Shown here in pieces: positions 32,341 to 42,200 of a stretch of DNA of 64,000 bases (its first letter is position 1; every line of letters begins with the position of its first letter). Source of the DNA: Candidatus Hydrogenedentota bacterium (GTDB lineage Bacteria; Hydrogenedentota; Hydrogenedentia; Hydrogenedentales; SLHB01); assembly GCA_963674865.2 (NCBI GenBank), contig CAXXYE010000011.1, positions 64,001 to 128,000 on the forward strand. The letters are read 5' to 3'. A model generated the notes under the pieces. That model was given only the letters and a program-made list of their open reading frames with translations. It was not told where the DNA came from and searched no databases. A program made the translations under genes and the position numbers.

Positions 32341-33882
32341 ATGAGACAAGGCACGGTCGGTCTTGCTGTGGTGGTGATTTTCTGTCTGTTTGCGGCTGGG
32401 CCGGTGAGTGCCCAGATTGAGCCGCCACAGGACCTCTTTTTCGCCAAAATGCCGGAGGACGTGAAGCTTGAGACCCAAAAGCTGTTCTCGGCCGATCAGG
32501 CCGAACAGGTCGCGGCCGCCAACAAGCTGGGCACAATGGGAGCCAAGGCGACGCCCGCCATCAAATACATGATCGGGCTGATGGGGGAGAAGGTCAGCAA
32601 CTCGCTACGCCAGGCTATCGTGGACGCCTTGGTAAAGCTGGGCGACCCGGCCAAGACAGCGCTGGCGGACTCCTTGACGCACCCGATTCCCGAGATCCGA
32701 AGAATGGTGGTCGTGGCCCTGGGGCAACTGAAGGATCCCAGCACGGTGGACGCGCTGGCGGCTGCCGTGCTTGAGGACTCGGACCCGGCCGTGAGGGAGA
32801 GGGCGGTCCAGGCCCTGATGAAGATCGAGGACGCCGGGCTGGTAGAGAAACTGATGGCGGCCATGGAGGACTCCAAGCAAAAACCGGAAATCACGGCCCG
32901 GGCCATCAAGGCCCTGGGGATGACCGGCGACGCGAGCGCCGTCGAGCCTTTGACGGCCCTGCTGGAGGACAAAGATAAAGACATCAGGGTCCGTTGCTGT
33001 GCGGCCGACGCCTTGGGACGGATGAAGCACAAGGTACCGAGTGTGGTCGAGCCACTGGTTGCGGCGTTGAAGGACAAAAAGCCGGACATTCGCGTTTGGG
33101 CCGCCTGGGCGCTGAACGGGGCGCAAGCCCCCGAAGTCGTCAAACCTCTGAGCGACGTCCTGGCGAAGGATGAAGACCACAGGGTCAGGATTCGGGCGGC
33201 GGACGCCTTGGCCTTAACCCAAGACCCGAGCGCGCTGAAACCGTTAATCGACGCGCTCCAGGACGATCACGCCGACGTGCGGCTCTGGGCGACCTTGGGC
33301 CTGGGCGGATTCATGGACCCCAAGGCGGTCGGCCCCTTGAACACCGCACTGATGGATTCGGACAACAGGGTCCGCCTGCGAGCCGTCGAATCGCTGGGAA
33401 AAATCGGCGGCGACCAGGCGATGATGGTCCTCATCGGGGTGCTCAGCAGTGTCACCACCGATGCCGAAATTCGCGGTCAGGCCGCCCGGGCGTTGGGGCA
33501 ACTCAAAGACGGCCGTGCAACCGGCCCACTGATCGTGGCGCTGAAGGACCGGGCGCCGGAGGTCCGCCGCTGGGCCGCAAGTTCGCTGGGACGCATCGGC
33601 GGCGACAAGCCCGTTGAGCCGTTGATCGGGGCTCTGAACGACAAGGATCCCACGGTCCGTGGATGGGCCGCGTTGGCCCTGGCGCGAACCGGAGACTCCC
33701 GAGCGACGGCACCGTTGATCAAGGCGCTCAAGGACGAAGACGCCTCCGTCCGCGGCCAGGTGGCCTCGGCGTTGGGGCAACTAAAGGACCCGACGGCCAA
33801 AGCCGCCCTTACGGCCGCCGCGGCGGATGCCGATCCGAAAGTCAAGGCACGCGCGGAAGCCGCTCTCAAGCGTCTCAAGTAA
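32341..33882 (+). CDS. Exported HEAT/PBS-lyase repeat protein
   Basis: SD ggagg and signal peptide. About 13 repeats of 'L.D....VR..AA.ALG......AV.PL'. Confidence 0.85.
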   Translation: MRQGTVGLAVVVIFCLFAAGPVSAQIEPPQDLFFAKMPEDVKLETQKLFSADQAEQVAAANKLGTMGAKATPAIKYMIGLMGEKVSNSLRQAIVDALVKLGDPAKTALADSLTHPIPEIRRMVVVALGQLKDPSTVDALAAAVLEDSDPAVRERAVQALMKIEDAGLVEKLMAAMEDSKQKPEITARAIKALGMTGDASAVEPLTALLEDKDKDIRVRCCAADALGRMKHKVPSVVEPLVAALKDKKPDIRVWAAWALNGAQAPEVVKPLSDVLAKDEDHRVRIRAADALALTQDPSALKPLIDALQDDHADVRLWATLGLGGFMDPKAVGPLNTALMDSDNRVRLRAVESLGKIGGDQAMMVLIGVLSSVTTDAEIRGQAARALGQLKDGRATGPLIVALKDRAPEVRRWAASSLGRIGGDKPVEPLIGALNDKDPTVRGWAALALARTGDSRATAPLIKALKDEDASVRGQVASALGQLKDPTAKAALTAAAADADPKVKARAEAALKRLK

Positions 33883-33986
33883 GCGTTCGGTCACCTCGAA
33901 TCGCGTCGGATCGGCCGGGAGCAGTCTACATTAGGCCCCGCGTTGGAATGGTGAAACGAGGCGTGAACCGGCCGAATGAACCGCCG

Positions 33987-34463
33987 ATGCCGGAGCCGCT
34001 GGCATACTTCCTCACTTGGGCAACGTACGGTACTTGGCTCCCCGGTGATGAACGAGGGTGGGTCGAGTATCGACACGGATGGAAACTGCCCGATCCGATT
34101 CGCGAACTGGAGGCGGAGTCTCGCATGGCCGAAGACGCCTGCGTCCTGGACGGCGAGCAACGTCGTCTGGTGGAAGAGACCATCGGGGTTCATTGCAGGA
34201 TTCGCGGCTGGGGACTCTACGAAGTCAACTGCCGCACGAATCACCTCCACGTTGTCGTCGGCGCCGACCGGCATCCCGACGACGTCCGCAAACAGTTCAA
34301 GGCATGGTGCACGCGCCGATTGAACGAACTCCAGCGGAAACGCTCGTGCGGAACGGTCCGCGAGAACTGGTGGGCCCAGCGCGGCAGCCGCCGCTACATC
34401 AACGACGAAGAAAGCCTCGAAGCCGCAATCCTCTACGTCCGAGACGGACAAGAAAGACACTGA
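33987..34463 (+). mobile_element. rayT: REP-associated tyrosine transposase-like (Y1 HUH, IS200/RAYT superfamily)
   Basis: 158 aa with 'YFLTWATYGTWLPGD.RG', HUH motif 'TNHLHVVV', 'FKAW', 'WWAQRG' and C-terminal Tyr in 'AILYV'. No tnpB; a REP-like arm follows the stop. Confidence 0.75.
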
Positions 34464-34537
34464 ACCCCACACTAACCCGAAGGTTGTACTGCGCCCCCCC
34501 CGCTGGAAATTATTTCCCGTTCTTGTCGACATAATCG

Positions 34538-34566
34538 TTGACTTCCCACCCCCCGGGGAATAGTGT
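34538..34566 (+). promoter_or_regulatory. Possible sigma70 promoter TTGACT-N17-TAGTGT
   Basis: Near-consensus hexamers at exactly 17 bp spacing upstream of the PEP-CTERM gene. Confidence 0.4.
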
Positions 34567-34704
34567 GTACGGAAGAGACGCGATAGTAGTGCGGTGGTGG
34601 GGACGCCAGAATTCCCAGCCGGAGTTGTATGACGAGTTGCCCCGACCGCGATCAGGACCCTTTGACGAAGCAACGTTTTCTATCTCTTGATCTGGAGGTT
34701 GACC

Positions 34705-35316
34705 ATGCATAGGCACGCGAGAAGAAGTATCTTCGTTTTGGCGGCGCTAGGGTGCGTTGCCGTGATGATGATTTGCAGTCCGATGGCCCAGGCGGAGACG
34801 TGGGACTTCGGTGTGACGTTAGACGACACCACAGTCACCGACGCCGACGTATGGGCATTTGCGCCGGCCGAGGACGCGCTTATCGAATTTAGCCTGCCCA
34901 AGGTGGCAACCGGCGAGCCGCAATACGAATGGTCATGGGAAGTCACCAAGGTGCACCTCCGGGCCACACTTCTGCCGAATGTATATCTTTGGCAAGGAGT
35001 CGATGCAGACTATGGTGATGCAGGTACTCACGTGGGTTCTCTTCCGTTCAATTTGGCCAACGAGGCAGTTGACGACGGTTCGAGTGGTGCGATCATCAAA
35101 GCGAACCTCCATCTTCATGTGACCGCTGACGGAAAGGGGAACTTCGATCTCACCAACATCGAATGGGGAACATATTCAGGGTATGACGTGACGGGGATTG
35201 CCGTCGAGGGCCAGATGACAGTCAACGCGGTTCCCGAGCCCACGGGACTCGCCTTGCTGCTCAGCGGTGCCTTGCCGTTGGGTCTGGTCGCCCTGAGGCG
35301 TCGTCGCCGGCGCTAG
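34705..35316 (+). CDS. PEP-CTERM sorting-domain surface protein
   Basis: SD ggagg, signal peptide, C-terminal 'AVPEPTGLALLLSGALPLGLVALRRRRRR'. Confidence 0.9.
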   Translation: MHRHARRSIFVLAALGCVAVMMICSPMAQAETWDFGVTLDDTTVTDADVWAFAPAEDALIEFSLPKVATGEPQYEWSWEVTKVHLRATLLPNVYLWQGVDADYGDAGTHVGSLPFNLANEAVDDGSSGAIIKANLHLHVTADGKGNFDLTNIEWGTYSGYDVTGIAVEGQMTVNAVPEPTGLALLLSGALPLGLVALRRRRRR

Positions 35317-35345
35317 ACCGGAAACCTCAAGCATAGTACAACCTC

Positions 35346-35386
35346 AACACGGCCGAGCAGGCATACCTGTTCGGCCGTGTTTTTTT
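35346..35386 (+). terminator. Rho-independent terminator
   Basis: AACACGGCCGAGCAGG-cata-CCTGTTCGGCCGTGTT followed by a T run. Confidence 0.85.
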
Positions 35387-35421
35387 GCGCCTGGCTTGAA
35401 AGGAGTTAGCTTGGGTTATTC

Positions 35422-35588
35422 ATCAGCCGCGACGCGCTAGCGTCCGGTTCCCGATTAGCGAACCGGACGCTAGCGCGTTGCGGCTGATTGAGAACCGGAC
35501 GCTAGCGCGTTGCGGCTGATTGAGAACCGGACGCTAGCGCGTCGCGGCTGATTGAGAACCGGACGCTAGCGCGTCGCGGCTGATTGAG
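35422..35588. repeat. REPIN family C with right arm amplified to 4 x 32 bp tandem copies
   Basis: Inverted arm at 35422-35450, then AACCGGACGCTAGCGCGT(T/C)GCGGCTGATTGAG at 35461, 35493, 35525 and 35557. Confidence 0.9.
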
Positions 35589-35638
35589 ACAATGCATTCA
35601 GGGCGTTTTGCAGGAAGGAAGAGTTGACCTGCGCGCAT

Positions 35639-35790
35639 AAAAAAAGATGGGAGAGAACTTCGCACCCCGAGAGGCCCGATGTTCTCACGGTCGAGTCATT
35701 CGACCGTCCCATCCTTGTTGCGTGGCTGCCCGCGATTAATCGCAAGGCAGCGGCCCTTTGAGGTCGATTACGCCAGCGGCGCGGCCTCGC
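35639..35790 (-). ncRNA. Candidate structured RNA (three-way junction plus two hairpins, ending in a U-tract)
   Basis: Pairings read directly: 35646-52/35707-13, 35653-58/35681-86, 35687-94/35700-07, 35725-30/35746-51, 35760-66/35782-88. The A7 on the + strand is a U7 tail on the - strand. Confidence 0.45.
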
Positions 35791-35897
35791 AGGTATCTGA
35801 TAAAATTATCCGTCGCGGGGGTCTGCCGCAACGGTTTAATTGAATCGGCGATATCGACACAGGTTAGCATACTCCCCGGAATATGAGGAGTGTCGTC

Positions 35898-36470
35898 TCA
35901 AACGAGTTCCTTCTTCGCACCAATCAGAGTGCGAAGGCGTTCGGCCAAAAGTGCGGCGTCGAACGGTTTCTTGAAGGTCTCGTTGATACTCGAACGATCG
36001 AAGCTTGTCGAACTTCCGTCGTCCGGAAGCAAGGCAATCAAAATCACTTCGGCGAACTCGCTGTTGCGGCGCAGATTTTGGCAAATCTGCAGCGCTTCAG
36101 TTCTACCGATCGAGAAATCAACGATAATACAGTCCGGGTGAAAGCTTTCGGCTTGAATCCCGGCATCGAAACCGCTGGCGGCAACCGCGACTTTGAACGA
36201 ACGTTCAAGGGGCAGTTCTCGTTTAAGATTCTCAATCAACACTTGGTCTTGTGCCACGATCAGCACCTTAGCCATGGCCTCGTCTTCGAGGTCGCCCAGG
36301 GGCATTCCGTGTTCCTTAAGGAACTTGATCAGGTACTCTCGCGGAATACGCCGGTCCTGTGATCCTGGAATGCGATAGCCCCTCAGCCGGCCCGAGTCGA
36401 ACCACTTGCTAACGGTGCGCGGGGCCACCTTGCAGATCTTGGCGACCTGACCAGTTGTGAAAACCTTCAT
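35898..36470 (-). CDS. Planctomycete-type DNA-binding regulator (excisionase/MerR-like HTH plus receiver-like domain)
   Basis: 'MKVFTTGQVAKICKVAPRTVSKWFDSGRLRGYRIPGSQDRRIP' followed by a CheY-like domain with a degenerate acidic pocket. Confidence 0.9.
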   Translation of the reverse strand: MKVFTTGQVAKICKVAPRTVSKWFDSGRLRGYRIPGSQDRRIPREYLIKFLKEHGMPLGDLEDEAMAKVLIVAQDQVLIENLKRELPLERSFKVAVAASGFDAGIQAESFHPDCIIVDFSIGRTEALQICQNLRRNSEFAEVILIALLPDDGSSTSFDRSSINETFKKPFDAALLAERLRTLIGAKKELV

Positions 36471-37519
36471 TGCAGGCTCTCCGATATCTCACTCGCTAAG
36501 TTTCGACTCCGCCTTAACCAGACTACGATTTCCGATTAAGACTTCATGGCCCCATGCTTGCAAACATTCGGTCACTCATCGTTCCATCACGACGGCTAGT
36601 TGTCGGTTGACCGTTCGCAAACAGCTGGGTCGGGGCCCGACGGTACTCACTTCGTCTTGGCCGTGGCTCAGCTCCCTCTGATCCGCGCCGTACTAATCAC
36701 ATCGGCAACCGGGCTATCCGGAAGTCAGTGAAAATCCGTAAAATAGAGAAGGCGTGTTTCAACCATTCCATCACGAATCTCACGTTCACCCAGCACAATT
36801 GCCCTGGGTTGCCCGCTCGCAGGAAGAGACCTGCAGAAAGTCCACACTCGGTCCGGATCGCTAGACCCGGCCCCAGATGGTCTTTTAGACACGTTTCCCC
36901 CCACAAGCTCTCTCCTTTCGCAGTGCTTCGACAATCGAAGCCAGCGAAAAAAAGAGGGCTCCCGAGTACTAATGTCGAGTCGAATCGGGGGGATACTTTA
37001 GACAGTTTCTCTCGTCGTAGCGATAGGAGCACTTCTGCCGACATTGACGGCGTGACCGAATCTGCCACCAGCCACGCCCGCTAGACCGAAAGGCAAGGGG
37101 CCTGTGCGGCGAGGGCTTGCCGCCGGGAGCCTGCTGAAGAAGAGCGCGATTTGCAGATCGGTTGCCTGCTCGACCGAGAGGTGGGACCCTTGGGAGGCAA
37201 CCCCACCACAGGGGCAAGACCGCCCCGCAACGCAGAATCAAGATCCGTCAAGCTGAAGCGTTGTTCGGTCTTCTTCCCCCGAGCGATGTCGAGCCATTGT
37301 CTTGGCAGCCGATCAGGGTATAGGCGATCGAGGCCAGGACGGTGTCGAGTCCGTCGACGACGTGAACCAGCTCGACAAAGCGAGCCGTGTCGATCCACGG
37401 CGAGGTTCACAAGGTGTTCAATAACTACTTTGCCGATCTCACCGGGGACGACTAGCGAACTGCCCTGACCTTGATGGAAGGCATCCGCGATTCCAAACTG
37501 AGCGGCTCTTTTAAGGCTA

Positions 37520-37885
37520 CTAGTGCCCTGGGCAACCACCGTCCCCGTGAGACTGGCAACTGGCCCCCGAGTCGTCTACCTTGCCGGCCAGATACGACTG
37601 AGCCACATCGCGCACGTTGCCGGCGCAACCGCGAATAACCTCGATCCCGTTTTCCCCCAGAATATTCACGGCACCCTGGCCCATATTGCCGGCCAGCATC
37701 ACCGAGACACCCATCCCGGCAAGTTGCGGAACGATGCTCGACTTGCACCCGCAACCGGGTGGTGGTGTGAGCGTTTCCTCGGAAACGATCTGGTTCTGGT
37801 CATCGACGTCAAAAATACTGAAGCACTGGCAATGGCCAAAGTGCTCATCGACCTCGGTGCCGTTCGACGGTAGCGCGATTTTCAT
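37520..37885 (-). CDS. NifB/NifX (Nitro_FeMo-Co) family small metal-binding protein
   Basis: 'MKIALP...VDEHFGHC..F.IFDV', 'GCGC', 'GNMGQGA', Cys/His-rich tail. Confidence 0.85.
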   Translation of the reverse strand: MKIALPSNGTEVDEHFGHCQCFSIFDVDDQNQIVSEETLTPPPGCGCKSSIVPQLAGMGVSVMLAGNMGQGAVNILGENGIEVIRGCAGNVRDVAQSYLAGKVDDSGASCQSHGDGGCPGH

Positions 37886-38006
37886 GCGTTTTCTCGTTAT
37901 CTCGACTCGTATTGGTGGGCTGTGGGATAGACCAGATTCAGATTCTACCCCATGCCGGCCTGTCTTCGGAAGTCCAAAGCCGACTCTCCTGACGGGATCA
38001 CGTGAC

Positions 38007-39224
38007 CTAGTTTGTCAAGAACTTGACAATTCGCGCGGCGTGCCCCTTGCTATCGACGTTCTTCCTGCTAGTCGTGCGGAGAGTCAGTTCGTGTTCCCCC
38101 TGGGGGAGATCGGCCTCAAGGAGATATGCCCAGGGGATGTGGAGCCGCCCGCTCCATTGGGTGAACTGGTCGACGGCCCGGTACGGTCCACCGTTGATAC
38201 GGTATTCGAGCACGCCCACGTCGGGACCGGCCACCACCAGGAGGCCCACGGCCGTACCCTTGAAGTAGAGTTTCAGGATGGCCCCGGGTTCGGTGGCCAC
38301 CAGCATCGGCACGTCGCGAAAACGGGGCCTGGTGCCCGCGTCCTTGGCGTTCCACGAGTCGACGTATTTCCAACCGTCGACCACCACGGCCTGGTCCAAG
38401 TCGATGTAGCGTGCCCGTTGGTAGTTGAAGGGATCGATCGGTTCCGGCAGGGGGCACGGCTTCGGCACGGCGCCCTCGGCAAGCGGTTTCTTCCAGGCGG
38501 TGTCGAACAATCGTTCGATCGTGTCGGCGTAGATTTGATGTCCGAACTTGGCCGGATGCAGGCCTCCGAAATCGTCCCAGGTGTAGCGGCCGGCCTGGAT
38601 ATCGTGGGTCACCTGCCGGGCCAGATCGATCGAGGTGATCTTGTAGTGCGCGGCGACCTTCTCGTGGCTGACGATTTCGGGCGGCGTTTTGCCTCGCTTG
38701 ATGTCTTCCATCTTGTCGGGCTCGACGAAATGCATCATCACAATATCGATTAGCGGATTGCGGGTGCGTGCCTGGCGGATGATCCCCTCCATGCCGCGGA
38801 TTCGCTCGAGCTCGGCCCGGCTGTTGTGATGGTCGTTGACGGCGAACTCGACGAACAAGAGGTCGACCTGCCCCCGGCCAAAGACGTCGTCACCCAGCCG
38901 AAAGGGTCCCAGAGTGGAATCGGTCGACGAGATCCCGGCGTTGACGAAGTCGAAGCGGGTTCGGGGGAACCGCTTGGCGAGCCGCTCGCACGTCATGTCT
39001 CGCCAGCCGTTGGGGGCCCAGGTGATGGAGCCACCGAGAAAGGCGACGCGGGCTTCTTTGTCTTGAGTGAAGCGAAGCCGAGAGTTGGTCAGATCACTGC
39101 GGAGGGCGATACAAGCGGCGGCCTTACTCTTGGTGCGCTCGCCATCGGCGCTCTTGGCCCGTGCTGGCGACAATAGGCAGCTTGCGATCGAGACCAGCAA
39201 GGCGATGTTCCTCATGGTATCCAT
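38007..39224 (-). CDS. Exported SGNH/GDSL hydrolase
   Basis: 'VAFLGGSIT', 'NAGISST.S', 'VEFAVND', 'LHP..FGH'. Confidence 0.85.
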   Translation of the reverse strand: MDTMRNIALLVSIASCLLSPARAKSADGERTKSKAAACIALRSDLTNSRLRFTQDKEARVAFLGGSITWAPNGWRDMTCERLAKRFPRTRFDFVNAGISSTDSTLGPFRLGDDVFGRGQVDLLFVEFAVNDHHNSRAELERIRGMEGIIRQARTRNPLIDIVMMHFVEPDKMEDIKRGKTPPEIVSHEKVAAHYKITSIDLARQVTHDIQAGRYTWDDFGGLHPAKFGHQIYADTIERLFDTAWKKPLAEGAVPKPCPLPEPIDPFNYQRARYIDLDQAVVVDGWKYVDSWNAKDAGTRPRFRDVPMLVATEPGAILKLYFKGTAVGLLVVAGPDVGVLEYRINGGPYRAVDQFTQWSGRLHIPWAYLLEADLPQGEHELTLRTTSRKNVDSKGHAARIVKFLTN

Positions 39225-39253
39225 AGCTCCGGTGTCCCTGCAATTACAGTTGT

Positions 39254-42200
39254 CTATTCGGTTGCCCGTGCGACTCGCGAGTCAGCGTCGGTTTGGCAGA
39301 TTACCCGAAACCCCACGTCGTACACCTTCTGGTCCGGCCAAAATGCCAGCCGCATGGCGGACCGGCATCGTATGGGCCGATCATACCATGAGCCGCCGCG
39401 AACCACCTTCCGGTCCGGTCCCGAAAAAGGGGACATTCTACTTGTTTCGCGCAATAAAGTAGAATGTCCCCTTCTTTCGGAGTGAGTCCATTCGGCGGCG
39501 TTGCCGTGCATGTCGAAGAGACCCCAGGGGTTGGGGAGAAAGCTGCCTGCCGGGGAGGATACGCGGAAGCCGTCGTTGAATCGCTCGTCGGCGGGGCGCC
39601 AGGGCGGGATGGCACCGGAGGGAAGCGACCAACCCAGCGTATCGACCGACCGGTTGGTGGCGTCTGATAGATTGGCGAACGGCGAAAAATCGTCGTCCAG
39701 GGTCCCGTACCAGAGCGGCGTATCGGTCCCGGCCCGGCAGGCATACTCCCATTGGGCTTCCGTCGGCAGGGTGAAATGCCGGCCTGTGGTAGCGGAAAGC
39801 CACGCGCAGAACTCCATTGCCCGGTTCCAGGAAACGCGAACCACGGGTTGGTCCGGTTGGTTGACGGGGTAGCCGCGTTCCAGATGGCTGAATTGGAGAA
39901 AATCGCCATGCTCCAGCCGGCTGTCGTGAGCAGGATCGAAGCAGGCAAACTGCCGGTTGGTGATCTCGAAGCGTCCCATCCAAAACGGCCTCCCGATCTC
40001 GACTCGGGCGACCGGCTGTTCGTCTGCGTAACCGGTCGCATCACCCATTATGAACGCTCCGGCTGGTATGCGAACCATTTCCAGTTCGATGCCCTCACCC
40101 AAGTCGACCGAGAAACTGGCTTCTCCGCTCGCCGCGTCCGCCTGTCGCCGCCGGGCCTCTTCAGCGTCAAACGGCCAACCCGGGCAATCGGGTCTTGCTC
40201 GATCGGCACCGGCGATCTGTTCTGGAACGAACGCCTCGACGGAAGGCGAATACGGATTGGGCACCGCCTCGGGATCCTCGTCCACGCCCGAATAGAGCTT
40301 GCGCATCTCGCGTCGCCGGTCACGAAGCTTGTCGACCCGGCTCGGGCCGCAAACGTCGGTCCAGTTACCATGGGCCGGCGTGTGCAGATCGATCCAGGTG
40401 ACGATCCGGTCCCAACTCTCCTGGCCGAGCGTCACGCCATGGTGTCCCTTTTCAAGCATCTGCACCAGCTTGGTCGTATCGGCATGAAACTCCCGCGGCG
40501 GCAACATGTGCAGGTCGCTCTCGATCGTCGGCGAGCGGACGAAGCGCCGCAGTTGATAATAGGACGGCGAAAAGTGAGCCCCTTGGTTGTAGGTGTCGCT
40601 ACGTCCTTGCATGTTGATCTCGGGACGATCGGTCAAGTCGGCGATCTCCGGGCCGTCGGTTCGAGGTTGGCCGTTGTGGCAGCCGGCGCAGTGTTTGTCC
40701 AAGACCGGTTGAACCTCGCGGCGGAAACTGAAGCCGCGGGCCGGTCCGTACCAGGGCTGGATCTCGGACGGCCGCCTTGCGGACGCGCTTCTCGCGTTGA
40801 CCGGCGGCGAGCTGTTCTGCCGCTCGTGACAGCCGACGCACGATAGTGTTTCGCCCGGCATGGCCGTGAACCAACTCCGCATGAGCTGGACGGCCTTGCC
40901 CTCGGCGTCGAGCGGTTGCAGGGCGATCGGCGTATAGGCCGGCACGCGAAACTTGGCGGAGCCGTCTTCCTCGACGGGCACGGTTCCGATAATCGTCTTG
41001 ACGTCCCAGGGCCCGTCCAAGCCCACGCGATCGACTTGGCCTCCCATACCGTGGTAGGCGTAGTGATAGCCGATCAGCCGCAGTCGTTTGACCGTACCGC
41101 GGGCGACGCCTTTCAGCCCCCGCCGGCGTATACGTCGGCCATGAAGACCAGTGGCGTCCTTTCGATCGAGGTCTACGCGATCGGGCACGACCGGCGGCGT
41201 GGGCGTCCTCTTGAGTGGAATCGGCTCCAGCATGGCCCAGCCCGGCTGCTCGGCCAGGAGGACAGAAATTATCGAACACGTCGACCAGGTAGATGCCCCA
41301 GAGCGATCCTTGGCGCGGCTGGCAGGAAACCAGGAAGTACTTCTCCGAGAGCGGATACGGATGGAGAAACTTGGGCCAACTCTCTTTGGTCAAACCGTCC
41401 AACAGGATCGGTTCGACCGGCTCGCCGTGCCGGGAATCCGCTGCACGGCGCCGTCCGCCTCGTGCCGTCCCAGGGCGGGGTCGAAAACCACCAATTCACC
41501 CATCCGCGGATTGTCGTGATGGCCACCCACCACCGCCACCACCTTGGTCGCATGCCCCGGAACCGGCCGGGCATAGAACATCGCGTTGGGCCAGTAGGAG
41601 TTGCTGCCATAATACTCCATCTGCTCGGTGCCGTCCGGATTCATGTGGAAGAGGATGCGGTAGAAGGCGTGCGGCATGTCGCTGTATTCCCAGCGCAGGT
41701 AGAGCACCCGGCCGTTGTTCAAGACCGTGGGGCACCAGTTGTGTTCCTGGTCCACCGTGAGCTGGCGGATCGAGCCGTGGGTGTCGAGCACGTAGAGATT
41801 GGTGACGTGTGACGAGCCGCCGCACGCAGGGCACGCCCACGAACGGCGCGGTCGAGGAAAAAACGATCCGCCCGTCCGGCAGGTAGCAGGCGTCGTAGTT
41901 GTCCACGTCCGGCTGGTGAATCAGGGGCAGTTCGCGGAGGTCCGATCCGTCGGCATGGATCTCGAAAATTTGCCAACGGCCGTTGGCTCCCGGCATGGAA
42001 AAGAGCATGCGACTACCGTCGAAGTGAAGGTCGACGTCGCCTACGAAGCGTCCCCCTTCGGGCTGGTAGAACGTGCTCACAGCCCCACCGGGGCGAACCG
42101 GCGAAAGCAGGGCGATCTCGTTGGCATAGCCCGTCATTGGCAAACTGGAGTTGCTCTGCCAGTTGGTCGGGAGCCCCAGTTTGTTGGCCCCGCGTTTGAC

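Noticed and set aside
33879..33894. IS66-like terminal repeat GTAAGCGTTCGGTC
   Set aside because: It overlaps the HEAT gene stop codon, and no properly oriented partner end or transposase follows; probably chance.
35461..35588. CRISPR array
   Set aside because: The 32 bp units are directly adjacent with no spacers, there are no cas genes, and the unit is one arm of a dispersed palindrome.
37081..37503. Possible small gene or remnant (plus-strand '...IHGEVHKVFNNYFADLTGDD*')
   Set aside because: No consistent frame, start or recognisable family; cannot be supported.
37520..37885. Nitrogen fixation gene
   Set aside because: Stand-alone NifX-like domains are widespread and no other nif genes are present.
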